This document shows positions 1 through 10,471 of a DNA stretch of 40,000 bases, piece by piece. Within the stretch, counting starts at the first letter, position 1. Every line of letters begins with the position of its first letter. Origin of the DNA: Methanolobus vulcani (GTDB lineage Archaea; Halobacteriota; Methanosarcinia; Methanosarcinales; Methanosarcinaceae); the NCBI RefSeq assembly GCF_006546655.1, contig NZ_VIAQ01000007.1:4465-44464 (forward strand), read 5' to 3'. The translations under genes were made by a program, and so were the position numbers. The notes below the pieces were generated by a model that was given only the letters and a program-made list of their open reading frames with translations, made no database searches and was not told the DNA's origin.

Positions 1-1453
1 TTATATCTTCTGCATGGAATGTAGTATCTCCAAGTTTCCCAAGTGCATTTATTATCTGCTCCTTGCTTGTTGGAGCTTTCTTTGCTTCTTCTACAACATA
101 ATCTCCAATAGCTTCAGTTTCTAGATTGCGGCTTTTGACTTTGATCTTCAGTTTTTCCCCTTTGCGTGCATGAATGGTTATGGTCAGAGGTGTTGTCATT
201 AAATCCATATTCTGCAACCTTTCAAGCATCTGCGGGTCCATGGACACATATACTTCATCATGTTTCCTGACCGACTTGCTAGTTTTAGGACTTATCAGCA
301 GGGTTGCAGTTTCGCCTTTGTGCGCAATCTCAACAGGTTTATCGTCAACCAGAATGCCATCAATACGACAGCCAATTATCCTTATTTTTGTGTTAATGCT
401 GATGCCATCATTGACCTTGATGTCTTGTTCAGGTACAATAGTCAGCTTTCCTTCTTTCTCTGACTTGGCAATGTTTGCAACTTTTCCAAGGTAAGCACCG
501 TAGTTTGCACTATACTTGCGCTGGGTTACGTCTTCCTCACCAAGCACAAATCCCCTTGTAAAACCACGGTAGAATAATTTCGCAAGCTCTGTTTCCATCT
601 CTTCGAGTTCTTCATTTGTGAAGTTCTCTCCGGTTTTGCAAACCTTCTCTGCAACTGCCTTGTAGGTTCTTGCACTGGCTGTTACGTATTCAGGTTTCTT
701 CATCCTGCCTTCGATCTTAAGACTTTTAACACCTGTCTTTATTATATCTGCAAGCCCGGGGAAGGTACAGAGTTCAGCACAGCTTATTGGATAATCGCCC
801 ACAATATTGCTGTCAATTATCTTTCCATCAGCAGACATCTTGTATTGTCGCCTGCATGGCTGGAAACATGCTCCACGGTTTGCACTTCTGTCTGTAATTG
901 CAGTACTGAAAAGGCATCTTCCTGAAAATGAGTAACAAAGAGCACCGTGGACAAAAAGTTCGATCTCAATCTTCGTTTTGTCAATGATGCTTTTGACCTG
1001 TTCGGTTGTCAGTTCCCTTGAAAGAATAACCCTTGAAGCTCCTGCATTGCCAATAAACTCAACACCCTGTGGGTTATGGATGGTCATCTGGGTGCTTGCA
1101 TGTAACGGAAGATCAGGGAAGTGCTCTTTTAGCAGGAAGAAAAGACCGAGGTCTTCAAGAATTATGGCATCGATCTTGTAAGAATAAGCTTTATGCACAA
1201 CATTGATGGCTTCCTGCATCTCATGTTGTTTAAGCGGGATATTAAGGGCTAGGAAAACTTTGACACCGTAGGAATGTGCAAGGTCGATATTATCTCTTAA
1301 ATCTTCAATTGCAAAGTTCTTTGCACCCTGGCGTGCATTGAATTCTCCCACTCCAAGATAAACGGCATCTGCTCCTCCTTTTATGGCCGCTCTTAAAGCT
1401 TCAGGGTCACCGGCAGGAGCCAGTACTTCAGGTGGGGTGCAGACTGAATTCAT
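1..1453 (-). CDS. Peptidase U32 family protein; the C-terminal end runs off the left window edge
   Basis: Hand translation of the minus strand from the ATG (cat at 1451-1453) gives MNSVCTPPEVLAPAGDPEALRAAIKGGADAVYLGVGEFNARQGAKNF...ELFVHGALCYSFSGRCLFS...RSANRGACFQPCRRQY...SLKIEGRMKKPEYV. This is the conserved U32 core. The frame stays open to position 2, so it has no stop in the window and is missing from the ORF track. The plus-strand ORFs 174-494, 260-463 and 978-1181 are its shadows. Confidence 0.8.
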   Translation of the reverse strand, partial: MNSVCTPPEVLAPAGDPEALRAAIKGGADAVYLGVGEFNARQGAKNFAIEDLRDNIDLAHSYGVKVFLALNIPLKQHEMQEAINVVHKAYSYKIDAIILEDLGLFFLLKEHFPDLPLHASTQMTIHNPQGVEFIGNAGASRVILSRELTTEQVKSIIDKTKIEIELFVHGALCYSFSGRCLFSTAITDRSANRGACFQPCRRQYKMSADGKIIDSNIVGDYPISCAELCTFPGLADIIKTGVKSLKIEGRMKKPEYVTASARTYKAVAEKVCKTGENFTNEELEEMETELAKLFYRGFTRGFVLGEEDVTQRKYSANYGAYLGKVANIAKSEKEGKLTIVPEQDIKVNDGISINTKIRIIGCRIDGILVDDKPVEIAHKGETATLLISPKTSKSVRKHDEVYVSMDPQMLERLQNMDLMTTPLTITIHARKGEKLKIKVKSRNLETEAIGDYVVEEAKKAPTSKEQIINALGKLGDTTFHAEDI

Positions 1454-1494
1454 TGAATTATAATTAGTATGCATGCAAATCAGTTAAATCAGTT

Positions 1495-3021
1495 TTAATC
1501 GTCAGTTTCGTTCTCGTCAACGTATTGTGATTCTATAACAGTACCTTTTCCAACAAGCAGGTTATATGAATCATTTGCTTCATTGTATTTGACAAGAACA
1601 TTGAATATTTTGATGATGCTGCCATATGGCACTTTTGTAAGAACTTCGTTATCTTCAGAAAGGTTATGGGAAGGAATTACAGCATAAACAGCCTTTTTTG
1701 AAGTACCGTCACATATGCGGAAAAGTCTGTATTTCTCATCCCCGAGGTCTCCTGACATAACAGAACAGACAACATTGATACGCTTTTTGTTGTGTTTCTC
1801 GATTTGTGACAGGCGGGCAAACTTTGATTTTGCAGATAGATCAATGAAGTGTTTTGCAAGTTTGTCCTTTCTGAGTATTGCATAAGAGTATTTAATATCA
1901 GTATTGATGTAGCGATAAGGTTCATCACACTCAGCAAGCTTTTCCATAAGTCTTGTGGTTTTGATATCCTTTTTCTGCTCAAAGCTCCAGCAATTTTCAA
2001 GGCTGCATTCTCCTGACCACAGGAATGTGCAGGGACTGTATATCCTAACACCAAGTTTCTTTAGCATAATAGTAAGCCTGCGAAGTTCGGTTGAATTCGT
2101 CTTGTCAGCAGGTTCGATGATTATGATATTTCCATCCTGTGAGAGCTTTTCTGCCATACTCTTAACAAGATCAGCTTTTTCTTCCAGACTCATATCCTTC
2201 ATTTCATTCAGAACATTGGAAAATATCATCAGATCAATATTATCAGGTAGTTTTTCGACATCAAGTTTTGATACATCTGTCCTGATGGGGTCTTTGACTG
2301 CGACATTTGACTTGATGGCCGCGTATTGTGGCACCAGGAAATTGTAAGCTTCTACATTCTCATCGAAAAGTTCAACGGAATAGATCTCAGCCTTGTGGTC
2401 ATCCAGACGATTGTACATATCAACAACGGCTAATGAAATTGTTCCGGGTCCGCTTCCGACATCAAGTATTTTCATACGGGTCTTTAATAGTCCGTCCTTT
2501 GCCATTTCATAGAGCAGGTACTGGAATTGTATGAAATAAACCGGAAACTGGTATGCCAGATAGCCAAGTACACTGTAGCCTTTTTCATAGCTTATGTTCC
2601 TTGAGCTGCTTTCATTCCAGTAGCTTGCTTTCTGCATGCGTATGGCTTTTCTGATCTTCTCCAGCATCTGCGGATCATCCCAGCTTTTGCCTGTCTTTTT
2701 CTCGATGTACTGTTCAATAAGACGCTCAAGCTTTCTGGAAACAGCAGCAGATCCAAAGAATTGGTCATTCTTTTTTATTTCGTCTTCGTTGAGTTTTATC
2801 TGCTTAACGGGGGATGCACGGACAATGCGAAAATTATCATTTTCAGGGATAATATCTACACCAAGATCAAAAAGAAGGGGCTTAAGTACCTCGTGTATTT
2901 GTTGAAGGGATGAGTCTTCTTTCAGATAATCCCTTAATTCTGATAACATAAATTCCGGTTTCATACGTGAAACATATTTGAAAGTGGATATGATCTCCCT
3001 GTCTGACATTAATGGATTCAT
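1495..3021 (-). CDS. Class I SAM-dependent methyltransferase, Rsm22-like
   Basis: 508-aa ORF. It has SAM motif I (KILDVGSGPGTISLAV) and a post-I acidic residue (IYSVELFD), followed by MIFSNVLNEM. The C-terminal Cys cluster CTFLWSGECSLENCW resembles Rsm22-type enzymes. Confidence 0.7.
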   Translation of the reverse strand: MNPLMSDREIISTFKYVSRMKPEFMLSELRDYLKEDSSLQQIHEVLKPLLFDLGVDIIPENDNFRIVRASPVKQIKLNEDEIKKNDQFFGSAAVSRKLERLIEQYIEKKTGKSWDDPQMLEKIRKAIRMQKASYWNESSSRNISYEKGYSVLGYLAYQFPVYFIQFQYLLYEMAKDGLLKTRMKILDVGSGPGTISLAVVDMYNRLDDHKAEIYSVELFDENVEAYNFLVPQYAAIKSNVAVKDPIRTDVSKLDVEKLPDNIDLMIFSNVLNEMKDMSLEEKADLVKSMAEKLSQDGNIIIIEPADKTNSTELRRLTIMLKKLGVRIYSPCTFLWSGECSLENCWSFEQKKDIKTTRLMEKLAECDEPYRYINTDIKYSYAILRKDKLAKHFIDLSAKSKFARLSQIEKHNKKRINVVCSVMSGDLGDEKYRLFRICDGTSKKAVYAVIPSHNLSEDNEVLTKVPYGSIIKIFNVLVKYNEANDSYNLLVGKGTVIESQYVDENETDD

Positions 3022-3272
3022 AGCTTGTTCCCAGTGATAAATATGGTGATGGAAATGTAAGAGATACCGTTGATTTTATCAATATGTTATCTTGTTTACT
3101 ATTATACATTAGGGCAAAGCGAGACATTTATATAGGATATGGTTGTACACAAATTTGGTTGTCTTAAAACAAGTAAATTGGATATATTCCAAAAATCATG
3201 GCAACAAGTACCAACTAAATGCATATATCTTCCCTTTGGACGAGGGATAAATCATTTAAAAGGACTATAAAC

Positions 3273-3590
3273 ATGGAATCTGAAAAACCATTGTTCCAGA
3301 AAATACTACATAAAGCACGGGACTCCATTCTTAATTTCGACAGCAATGAAGCCGAATCTGCTGTAAGGGAAGCAGTAGATGCAGGCATGGACCCTGTCGA
3401 TCTTATTGAACTTGGATTCATTGAGGGAATGAAAGAAATAGGAGATAGATATGAGAAGGGCGATGTGCCTCTTTTGCATATATTCGCTGCCTCCAGAATT
3501 ATGGAAAAAGGCCTGGCTCTTCTCAAATCTTGTGCAAACGAGAACAAACTTGATCTCAAAATGTTCGGTAATATTGCCATGAATGCATAA
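3273..3590 (+). CDS. Stand-alone N-terminal helical cap (B12-binding_2-like) domain of a methyltransferase corrinoid protein; no Rossmann cobalamin-binding domain
   Basis: The ATG at 3273 lies inside track ORF 3219-3590. The sequence ...FDSNEAESAVREAVDAGMDPVDLIELGFIEGMKEIGDRYEKGDVPLLHIFAASRIMEKGLALLK matches the four-helix cap of MtaC/MtbC/MttC-type proteins. The ORF stops before any DxHxxG / Rossmann segment. Confidence 0.55.
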   Translation: MESEKPLFQKILHKARDSILNFDSNEAESAVREAVDAGMDPVDLIELGFIEGMKEIGDRYEKGDVPLLHIFAASRIMEKGLALLKSCANENKLDLKMFGNIAMNA

Positions 3591-3622
3591 AGCAGAATCT
3601 ATACTGCTTTATGCCTTTTTTT
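3590..3622 (+). terminator. Hairpin plus T-run terminator after the corrinoid-cap ORF
   Basis: aagcag (3590-3595) pairs with ctgctt (3604-3609), followed by tatgccttttttt. Confidence 0.45.
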
Positions 3623-3663
3623 AACTGTAATCTTTATTAGTGATAAGTTCCCAATTTTTAATT

Positions 3664-4065
3664 ATGGGAAGTCTTTCCATTGATGAAAACGTCCTGATGC
3701 GACGATCAGACATACTTATCGCAGATGGAAACTATGAGGATGCCATATCCTGCCTTGATATGATCCTTGAAGAAAAACCGGATGATGAAGAAGCCCTTTC
3801 CATGAAAGGACTTGCTTATTGTCTCAAAGGTGAGATTGAAAAGGGAATTGATATTCTGGAAGAAGCCCTTTCAATAGACCCTTTTTCAAAAAAAGTCCTT
3901 ATTACTTTTGCAGATGCCTGTCTTCATTCTTCGATGCCAGAGAAATCCCTGGAAATACTTGACAGGGCAATAAGCTACTATCCTGATGACGATGGGTTCC
4001 TTATGCTCAAAGCCATCATAATCGGTACTTTGGGAAATAATGCAAGGAATTCTTATCTTAATTAA
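3664..4065 (+). CDS. Small TPR-repeat protein
   Basis: The ATG at 3664 lies inside ORF 3640-4065. TPR-like repeats are visible: ADGNYEDAISCLDMILEEKPDDEEALSMKGLAYCLKGEIEKGIDILEEALSIDP. Confidence 0.6.
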   Translation: MGSLSIDENVLMRRSDILIADGNYEDAISCLDMILEEKPDDEEALSMKGLAYCLKGEIEKGIDILEEALSIDPFSKKVLITFADACLHSSMPEKSLEILDRAISYYPDDDGFLMLKAIIIGTLGNNARNSYLN

Positions 4066-4109
4066 TTCATATCATTAACTATTTGTGCAAATATTTTATA
4101 TTTATTTAT

Positions 4110-5204
4110 ATGAGCTGGTATGTGATAGATGTAATTGACAAGGCTGTGGAAAGGACACGTATCTTCCTTTTTGAGCCATTTGACATTACAAAATGGTTTA
4201 AACTTGCATTAATAGTCTTTTTCATCGGTGGTTCAGGAGGCTTCAATAACGGTGGAAATGCGGGATCATATGATACTTCCGCAGGTGAACCAGATATTTC
4301 CTGGATTCCCGATAGCTTTACTGATTTTATAAGTAGTTTATCTCATCATATATCGACATTTTCTGAAACAACAATGTTAATAGCAGTGGTTTTGTTTTTG
4401 TTGCTGATTTTTTTAGTAGTTATTATTTTCGGGTATATAGGCAGCACAATGGAATTCGTGCTAGTGGAATCACTTGTAAGTAATGATGTCAGGGCACGTG
4501 AGTATTTTAAGAAGTATATGGGTAAAGGTCTCTCACTCTATATTCTGCGTATGATATTGTTGTTGGTGTTTATTCTAATTATAGCTATAATGTCACTACC
4601 TTTTATATTCCTGATATCTGAAAGTAATTCAGGTCCTTCAGGAATATTAGAAATTATCGGACTGTTCTTTGTTAGTATTGGTATAATTATGGTACTAGCT
4701 ATTGTTTTCGGAATTATCGGTTCATTTATAAATATGGCCATTCCCATTTCCATGTATCAGGATTCAGGTCTGTTATCTGCAATAGGGAGTGTATTCAGCC
4801 AATTCAAAGCTGATTGGAAACAAATAATAATTTACTGGATAGGACGCGTTATTCTGGGAATTACTGTTGCCATTATGGCAGGTATTATAGGTCTGATAAT
4901 ACTCGTAATTCTGTTATTGATCTTAGGATTTATCGATCTGGCATTATACTTTATTCTCAATATGATATTATCTGCAACGGTATTGTGGTCACTGCTAATA
5001 TCAATAGTGATTGTAGAGTTGTTGGTTCTGAGTTTCGTATCGGCTATAATCAGGATGCCATTTTCGGTATTCATGAAATATCACATGCTGAGTTTCCTGG
5101 AATTATGGTACCAGATCAGGATACCAATGTTTGATGAGCATTACCCTATTTCAGTCAGCGGTTCAAATCAGTCGATTGAAGAAGCTATGGTTCCTGAAGA
5201 ATAA
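4110..5204 (+). CDS. Polytopic membrane protein of unknown function
   Basis: The in-frame ATG at 4110 gives MSWYVIDVIDKAVERT... At least 6 long hydrophobic segments follow (IAVVLFLLLIFLVVIIFGYIG, ILRMILLLVFILIIAIMSLPFIFL and others). Confidence 0.6.
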   Translation: MSWYVIDVIDKAVERTRIFLFEPFDITKWFKLALIVFFIGGSGGFNNGGNAGSYDTSAGEPDISWIPDSFTDFISSLSHHISTFSETTMLIAVVLFLLLIFLVVIIFGYIGSTMEFVLVESLVSNDVRAREYFKKYMGKGLSLYILRMILLLVFILIIAIMSLPFIFLISESNSGPSGILEIIGLFFVSIGIIMVLAIVFGIIGSFINMAIPISMYQDSGLLSAIGSVFSQFKADWKQIIIYWIGRVILGITVAIMAGIIGLIILVILLLILGFIDLALYFILNMILSATVLWSLLISIVIVELLVLSFVSAIIRMPFSVFMKYHMLSFLELWYQIRIPMFDEHYPISVSGSNQSIEEAMVPEE

Positions 5205-5289
5205 GTTGCAATTATGGTAACTCTGTTTACCACCTTTTTCCTTATTCTCTACCGGATAACTGATATTCTCTGCCTGCTTTAATCCTGAT

Positions 5290-5892
5290 ATGAAAAAAGT
5301 GATACTTGCCTCTTCTTCTCCAAGAAGGAGCGAACTGCTTTCCACTCTTATTGGTCAGGATTTTGAAGTTATTGTCAGTTCTTATGATGAGAAAGCAGTT
5401 GAAGGTCTGTCTCCAGTTGATCTGGTAATGCATCATTCAAGAGAAAAAGCATTTGCTGTTGCAGAAAAACTGGCCGAAGGAATCATTATCTCTGCTGACA
5501 CTGTTGTTGTATGTGATGGAGAAATTCTGGGCAAACCTGATAATTCAGATGACGCTGAAAGGATGCTTAAGAAAATGAGTGGTACAAAGATACAGGTAAT
5601 CTCAGGAATAACTGTAATGGATGTGGTTTCCGGTTCAGAGTTCACAGAACATGAAATTACAGATGTGTGGATGCGTCAGATGTCAGAATCCATTATCAGG
5701 AAATATGTCAACACTGGGGAAGCCGAAGGGAAAGCAGGTGCATTTGCAATTCAGGGAAAGGGTGCGATACTTGTTGAAAGGATCGAGGGTGATTTTTTCA
5801 ATGTGGTCGGACTTCCGCTTTATAGGCTGTCTCAGGTCCTTGAAAAGTCTGGAATTGATGTTTTTGGTAAAGTTCCGGAAAACGAAAACTAA
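5290..5892 (+). CDS. maf: Maf-family nucleoside triphosphate pyrophosphatase
   Basis: Motifs ILASSSPRRSELL, ISADTVV, GKP, KAGAFAIQG and GDFFNVVGLP. The length (200 aa) is typical for the family. Confidence 0.85.
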   Translation: MKKVILASSSPRRSELLSTLIGQDFEVIVSSYDEKAVEGLSPVDLVMHHSREKAFAVAEKLAEGIIISADTVVVCDGEILGKPDNSDDAERMLKKMSGTKIQVISGITVMDVVSGSEFTEHEITDVWMRQMSESIIRKYVNTGEAEGKAGAFAIQGKGAILVERIEGDFFNVVGLPLYRLSQVLEKSGIDVFGKVPENEN

Positions 5893-5990
5893 TAGTATAA
5901 TTTGAGTAATAAAACAATAGTAATAATACAATATTACTTTCTTATGCACTCCATAATATTTATGTAAACAGCAACAAAGAGAGATTATAT

Positions 5991-7019
5991 ATGTCCGGTT
6001 ACACTGCAAAAGAACGGTTCATTCGGTCCCTTGAAGGAAAAGATGTGGATAAGGTCCCTGTTTGTTCTGTTACACAAACAGGAATTGTAGAGCTAATGGA
6101 ACTTACAGGCGCAAAGTGGCCGCAGGCTCACTATGATCCTGAAATGATGGCAACCCTTTCAATAGCCGGTCATGAGGTCATCGGACTTGAGGCTGTAAGA
6201 TTTCCTTTTTGCAATACGGTGATAGCTGAGACTCTTGGTTGCATTTTCAATGAAGGCTCAATTGACACACAGCCTTATCAGCTTGATTTCCCATGCAAAA
6301 ACAAAGAAGATGTTGAGAATATCTCAATTCCTGCTGACCTGGCTGAAAGCAGAAGGGTCAAAATAATGCTTCAGGCTGCAGAAGTTATTAAAAACAGGAT
6401 TTCAGATGACATTCCACTCATAGCCGGAATGATAGGGCCGGCTGCAATCGCATTTTATCTATCAGGTGCAAATAATTACTTGCGCTGGTGTATCACTGAA
6501 CCGGAAATTTTGAAACGTCTTATGAAAATGGGAACTGAGTTCTGTATAGAATATTCAAATTTGCTCTTTGAAAAAGGAGTAGATGCAGTAGTAATAATAG
6601 ATTCAGAGGCAGGACCTGATCTTTTCCCACCACCACTGTTCACTGAACTTGTACTTCCAGAATATCATTTGCTGACTGCTGGAATGAAAGGGCACAAAAT
6701 TCTGCATATATGTGGTGATGCCACAGATATTCTGGATGGTATGGCGGATTCAGGATTTGAAGGTCTAAGTATTGAGGAAAGGACTGACCTTTCATATGCA
6801 AAGAGCATTGTTGGGGATAAGGCCTGTTTAATTGGTAATGTGTCACCGGCAGCTACTCTTTTATCGAAGTCAACAGAAATGATAAAAAAGGAAGCAAAAC
6901 AATGCATAGAGGATGGAGTTGGCATACTTGCACCTGGTTGTGGTATAGCTCCTCGTACGCCTGTTGCGAACATTAAGGCTTTTGTAGCTGCCAGGGATGA
7001 ATATTATCAGGAACAGTAA
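5991..7019 (+). CDS. Methylcobamide:CoM methyltransferase (MtaA/MtbA family, uroporphyrinogen-decarboxylase fold)
   Basis: 342 aa. The N-terminus ...TAKERFIRSLEGKDVDKVPVCSVTQTGIVELMELTGAKWPQAHYDPEMMATLS is typical of MT2 enzymes. Also present are HICGD and APGCGIAP near the C-terminus. The isozyme (MtaA vs MtbA) cannot be decided by eye. Confidence 0.85.
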   Translation: MSGYTAKERFIRSLEGKDVDKVPVCSVTQTGIVELMELTGAKWPQAHYDPEMMATLSIAGHEVIGLEAVRFPFCNTVIAETLGCIFNEGSIDTQPYQLDFPCKNKEDVENISIPADLAESRRVKIMLQAAEVIKNRISDDIPLIAGMIGPAAIAFYLSGANNYLRWCITEPEILKRLMKMGTEFCIEYSNLLFEKGVDAVVIIDSEAGPDLFPPPLFTELVLPEYHLLTAGMKGHKILHICGDATDILDGMADSGFEGLSIEERTDLSYAKSIVGDKACLIGNVSPAATLLSKSTEMIKKEAKQCIEDGVGILAPGCGIAPRTPVANIKAFVAARDEYYQEQ

Positions 7020-7154
7020 TATAGTCTGAATATGCCTATTTTGCTTTTTCTTAAAATCATTTTTTCCCCAATTTTTTTAATTTTGGATTTCTGATCAGGA
7101 TACCATTTTATTTTATTATTGCATATTATATGCAGTTTTCAGAGGTTTTATTGA

Positions 7155-8066
7155 TTGAAAGGATGGATACTGTACAAAACAACTCAGAATTCCCTGAGCC
7201 CGGAAGCATATGAAATTCATCGTTTAATAGAAACTGCCGGCAAAAAAGGCATTGATATTGAGGTTGTATCACCTGACCAGTTCGATCTTCTTGTAACAAG
7301 GGAAGACCGCAAAAGCATATTGCTTAATGGTGAAGTAGTGCCGCTACCGGATTTCCTTTTACCGCGCATGGGTGCCGGGACTTCTTATTTTGGAATGGCC
7401 GTTATACGTCATCTGGAAAAACTTGGTGTTTATATTGTAAACTCTGCACAGTCTATTGAAACTGTAAAGGACAAACTTTATTCCCAGCAGATACTTGCAG
7501 GTAATAATATTCCCGTGCCGCGTACAATGCTTGGTAAATATCCAATTGATGATGCCCTTGTGGAAAAATACCTGAAATTTCCTCTTGTTGTAAAGACAAT
7601 TTCAGGCTCTATGGGGAAAGGAATTTTTCTCTGCGACAATAAATCACAGTTCAATGATCTGATGGGACTTATACACGTGACTAATCCCAAACTGAACATA
7701 ATCCTTCAGGAATTCATCAAAAGCAGTCATGGAAAGGATCTCAGGGTCTTTGTTGTCGGTGGAAGACCTATTGCCTGCATTGAACGGACTTCAAGTGACA
7801 ATAATTTTAAGGCCAATTATTCCAGGGGAGGACAGGTTGCCAGATTCACAATGACTCCTGAAGTAAAGTGGCTTGCAACAGAGACTGCAAGATTGTTCGG
7901 ACTTGATATAGCAGGTATTGACCTTCTTTTTGATGGAAAACATTTCAGGGTTTGTGAGGCAAATTCATCTCCGGGTTTTAAAGGCATAGAGAGTTGTTGT
8001 GATATCGATATTGCCGATGAGATATATAGTTTCATAAAGATCAGGTTAGGAAAATATGATGATTAA
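7155..8066 (+). CDS. RimK-family ATP-grasp alpha-L-glutamate ligase (MptN/CofF-like in methanogens)
   Basis: 303 aa with a TTG start. ATP-grasp elements include KLYSQQILAGNNIPVPRT, PLVVKTISGSMGKGIF, DLRVFVVGGRPIA, NYSRGG, AGIDLL and EANSSPGF. Confidence 0.8.
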   Translation: MKGWILYKTTQNSLSPEAYEIHRLIETAGKKGIDIEVVSPDQFDLLVTREDRKSILLNGEVVPLPDFLLPRMGAGTSYFGMAVIRHLEKLGVYIVNSAQSIETVKDKLYSQQILAGNNIPVPRTMLGKYPIDDALVEKYLKFPLVVKTISGSMGKGIFLCDNKSQFNDLMGLIHVTNPKLNIILQEFIKSSHGKDLRVFVVGGRPIACIERTSSDNNFKANYSRGGQVARFTMTPEVKWLATETARLFGLDIAGIDLLFDGKHFRVCEANSSPGFKGIESCCDIDIADEIYSFIKIRLGKYDD

Positions 8067-8287
8067 TCAGGAACGACCAAGTCTTCTGTAATATATGATA
8101 TACAAATATGCCCTGTGTATGTACAACATGAAAGTTATGAATCAGAGTAATTTATAACGTTTATATTTATGGTCGTTTTTTTATAAATTTTAACAATGTA
8201 AACATATACATTAATTTTAGCAGTATAAATTGGATATTATCTCTCAGACTGATGTTTTATAATTCTTATTGTCAACCAGGACAACAC

Positions 8288-8300
8288 ATTTATATATTTA
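8288..8300 (+). promoter_or_regulatory. TATA box candidate for chemoreceptor gene 1
   Basis: atttatatattta is followed by ctgtagtatat. The same two-part motif recurs upstream of chemoreceptor gene 2 (10645-10656 plus ctgtagtatat). Confidence 0.4.
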
Positions 8301-8416
8301 AATTATCTATATAATTCTGTAGTATATGTGCAACAACTACACACATACACAGATGATTTCATTCACGATTGTTATTATAAATTTATAGTGTATATACATC
8401 AACAGGAAGTGGACAT

Positions 8417-10471
8417 TTGAAACTGAATTTGAAAAACATTACAATAAGTAAAAAGATCATTGCACTTGCTTTGATCCTTACTATTTTGCCCGTGACTGCA
8501 GTCGGAATATTTGCTTACGAGCAGACTTCTACTGCTATCAGGGAACAACTTCATGAAAGACTTGATGAGCAGGTGTTCATGGAAGAAAAATACGTAGCAA
8601 CTGTATTTGAGGTTGCAGATGAAACACTTGAATCTAATATAGGTGTTGCAAGGATCAATTTATACAATTATGGAACCCCTTCAATATCAGATAATAATCT
8701 TGTCTTTGGGGACACTGTTGTTAATGGAAATAATGAACTTGCAGATCTTATAAAAGAAGAGACAGGTTCTGATTCAACAATTTTCCAGGTATCTGGTAGT
8801 TCAGCAGTCCGCATTGCTACAACCATATTAGATGAAAGTGGAAACCGTGCTCTTGGAACAGCTGTTTCTCAGGAAGTTTATCAAACAGTTGTACAGAGAG
8901 GGCAGGCCTATATGGGTCAGGCAACTGTGCTTGGTGAACCTTTCCTTACAAGATACGAACCTATCCAGGATAGTTCAGGAAAGACCATAGGTATTATTTC
9001 TGTAGCAATTCCTCAAGAACACTATCGTCAGATAATCAAGGAACAGATGGAATCCATCACCTTTGGTGAAACAGGTTACATGTATGTAATAGACACCGAT
9101 GGTGACGTTATTATTCACCCAACCAGTGAAGGTGAAAACCTTCTTTCAAACGATTTCGTTAAGACAATGGTTTCAGAAAAGGAAGGAAGGCTCAATTATG
9201 ACTGGGAAGGTCGTGAAAAGGCTATTAGTTTTGCATACTATCCAGAGAATGACTGGATTATTGCATCCGGTACATACGTTGATGAGTTTGAGGCTCCAGT
9301 AAGGGCTATCAGGAATGGTCTTATTGCTGCTATCCTTGTATTCATCGTGCTTGGTTCCGCAGCAGGAATTTTCATAAGCAGAACAATCTCAAAGAGCGTT
9401 GAAGGAATCGTCACAGACTTCAAGAAAATATCTGATGATGCAATGGAAGGCAGGATTAATTCCAGAGCAGAAACCGATGTAGATATTGACTTTACAGCAA
9501 TTCCGCTGGGTCTTAATGATATTCTTCAAACTTTAACTGGTGTCATTGATGTTGTAAGTAAGAGTGCAGATAATGTTGCTTCAACCTCACAGGAAATGTC
9601 TGCAGCAATAGAGGAAACAACAGCTGCAACTACTCAGGTTGCTGATACTGTAAATGAGATTGCAAGAGGTTCACAGGAGCAATCCGCAAGATCAGAAGAT
9701 GTTGCAAGAACAATGAATGACATGACTGTTGGTGTGCAGGACATTGCAAGCAATGCGCAACTGGCAGCAGAAGCAGCAAACGCTTCAAGAGACTTCATCA
9801 CGGAAGTCGGCAATCAGTCAAGAGATATGCTTGTTCAGATGGATGCTATTCAGAACGCTACAAACGACTCTGCAAATGTTATCAGAGATCTTGAGGGCAA
9901 ATCAAACCAGATAGGCGAAATCGTACAGCTTATTACAAGTATAGCTGACCAGACAAACCTGCTTGCTCTTAATGCTGCTATTGAAGCTGCAAGAGCAGGA
10001 GAACATGGACGTGGATTTGCTGTTGTAGCAGACGAAGTAAGAAAACTTGCTGAAGATTCTGGAGCTGCAGCTTCACAGATTTCTGAGCTTATTGCAGAGA
10101 TTCAGGACGGAACACATGCAGCAGTCGATTCAATGGACTCCGGTACTAAAACAGTGACAGAAGGTGTGACCGCACTTTCAGGTACTGTAGAAGCTGTCCA
10201 GAAGATCGTAGAGGAAAGTAACAGGGTTGCTCAGATGGCAGAGAATATTGCTGCTGCTGCTGAAGAGCAATCTGCTTCCATCGAAGAAGTCACTGCAACT
10301 GTTGATGAAGTCGCTTCTATCTCACAGCAAGCAGCAGCCGGTACGGAGGAAACTTCCGCAGCAGTTGAGCAGCAGAATGCATCCATGCATGAGCTTGCAA
10401 AGAGTTCACAGGAACTTGCTCAAATGGCTGCTGAGATGCAGGAATTTGTTGCAAAATACCAAACAGAGTAA
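8417..10471 (+). CDS. Methyl-accepting chemotaxis protein (Cache-type sensor, HAMP, MCP signalling domain)
   Basis: 684 aa with a TTG start. An N-terminal TM segment is followed by a periplasmic sensor ([16 protein letters not shown] is Cache-like) and a second TM ([18 protein letters not shown]). The highly conserved hairpin tip is present: [38 protein letters not shown]. Confidence 0.9.
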   Translation: MKLNLKNITISKKIIALALILTILPVTAVGIFAYEQTSTAIREQLHERLDEQVFMEEKYVATVFEVADETLESNIGVARINLYNYGTPSISDNNLVFGDTVVNGNNELADLIKEETGSDSTIFQVSGSSAVRIATTILDESGNRALGTAVSQEVYQTVVQRGQAYMGQATVLGEPFLTRYEPIQDSSGKTIGIISVAIPQEHYRQIIKEQMESITFGETGYMYVIDTDGDVIIHPTSEGENLLSNDFVKTMVSEKEGRLNYDWEGREKAISFAYYPENDWIIASGTYVDEFEAPVRAIRNGLIAAILVFIVLGSAAGIFISRTISKSVEGIVTDFKKISDDAMEGRINSRAETDVDIDFTAIPLGLNDILQTLTGVIDVVSKSADNVASTSQEMSAAIEETTAATTQVADTVNEIARGSQEQSARSEDVARTMNDMTVGVQDIASNAQLAAEAANASRDFITEVGNQSRDMLVQMDAIQNATNDSANVIRDLEGKSNQIGEIVQLITSIADQTNLLALNAAIEAARAGEHGRGFAVVADEVRKLAEDSGAAASQISELIAEIQDGTHAAVDSMDSGTKTVTEGVTALSGTVEAVQKIVEESNRVAQMAENIAAAAEEQSASIEEVTATVDEVASISQQAAAGTEETSAAVEQQNASMHELAKSSQELAQMAAEMQEFVAKYQTE

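Noticed and set aside
174-1181. Plus-strand ORFs 174-494, 260-463 and 978-1181
   Set aside because: They lie antisense to or overlap the clearly coding minus-strand U32 peptidase frame, and their translations are low-complexity.
1677-3127. ORFs 1677-2054(-), 1955-2347(+), 2328-2534(+), 2636-2905(+) and 2882-3127(-)
   Set aside because: These are alternative-frame or antisense shadows of the 508-aa methyltransferase gene. They have no motifs.
5163-6009. Minus-strand ORFs 5163-5345, 5242-5436, 5433-5645 and 5683-6009, and plus-strand ORF 5621-5905
   Set aside because: They overlap the well-supported maf gene or its flanks, and have no motifs and poor coding character.
10250-10262. gctgctgctgctg microsatellite (also at 12602-12614)
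   Set aside because: It is simply an Ala run (AAAAEEQ) inside the conserved MCP signalling domain, not an independent repeat feature.
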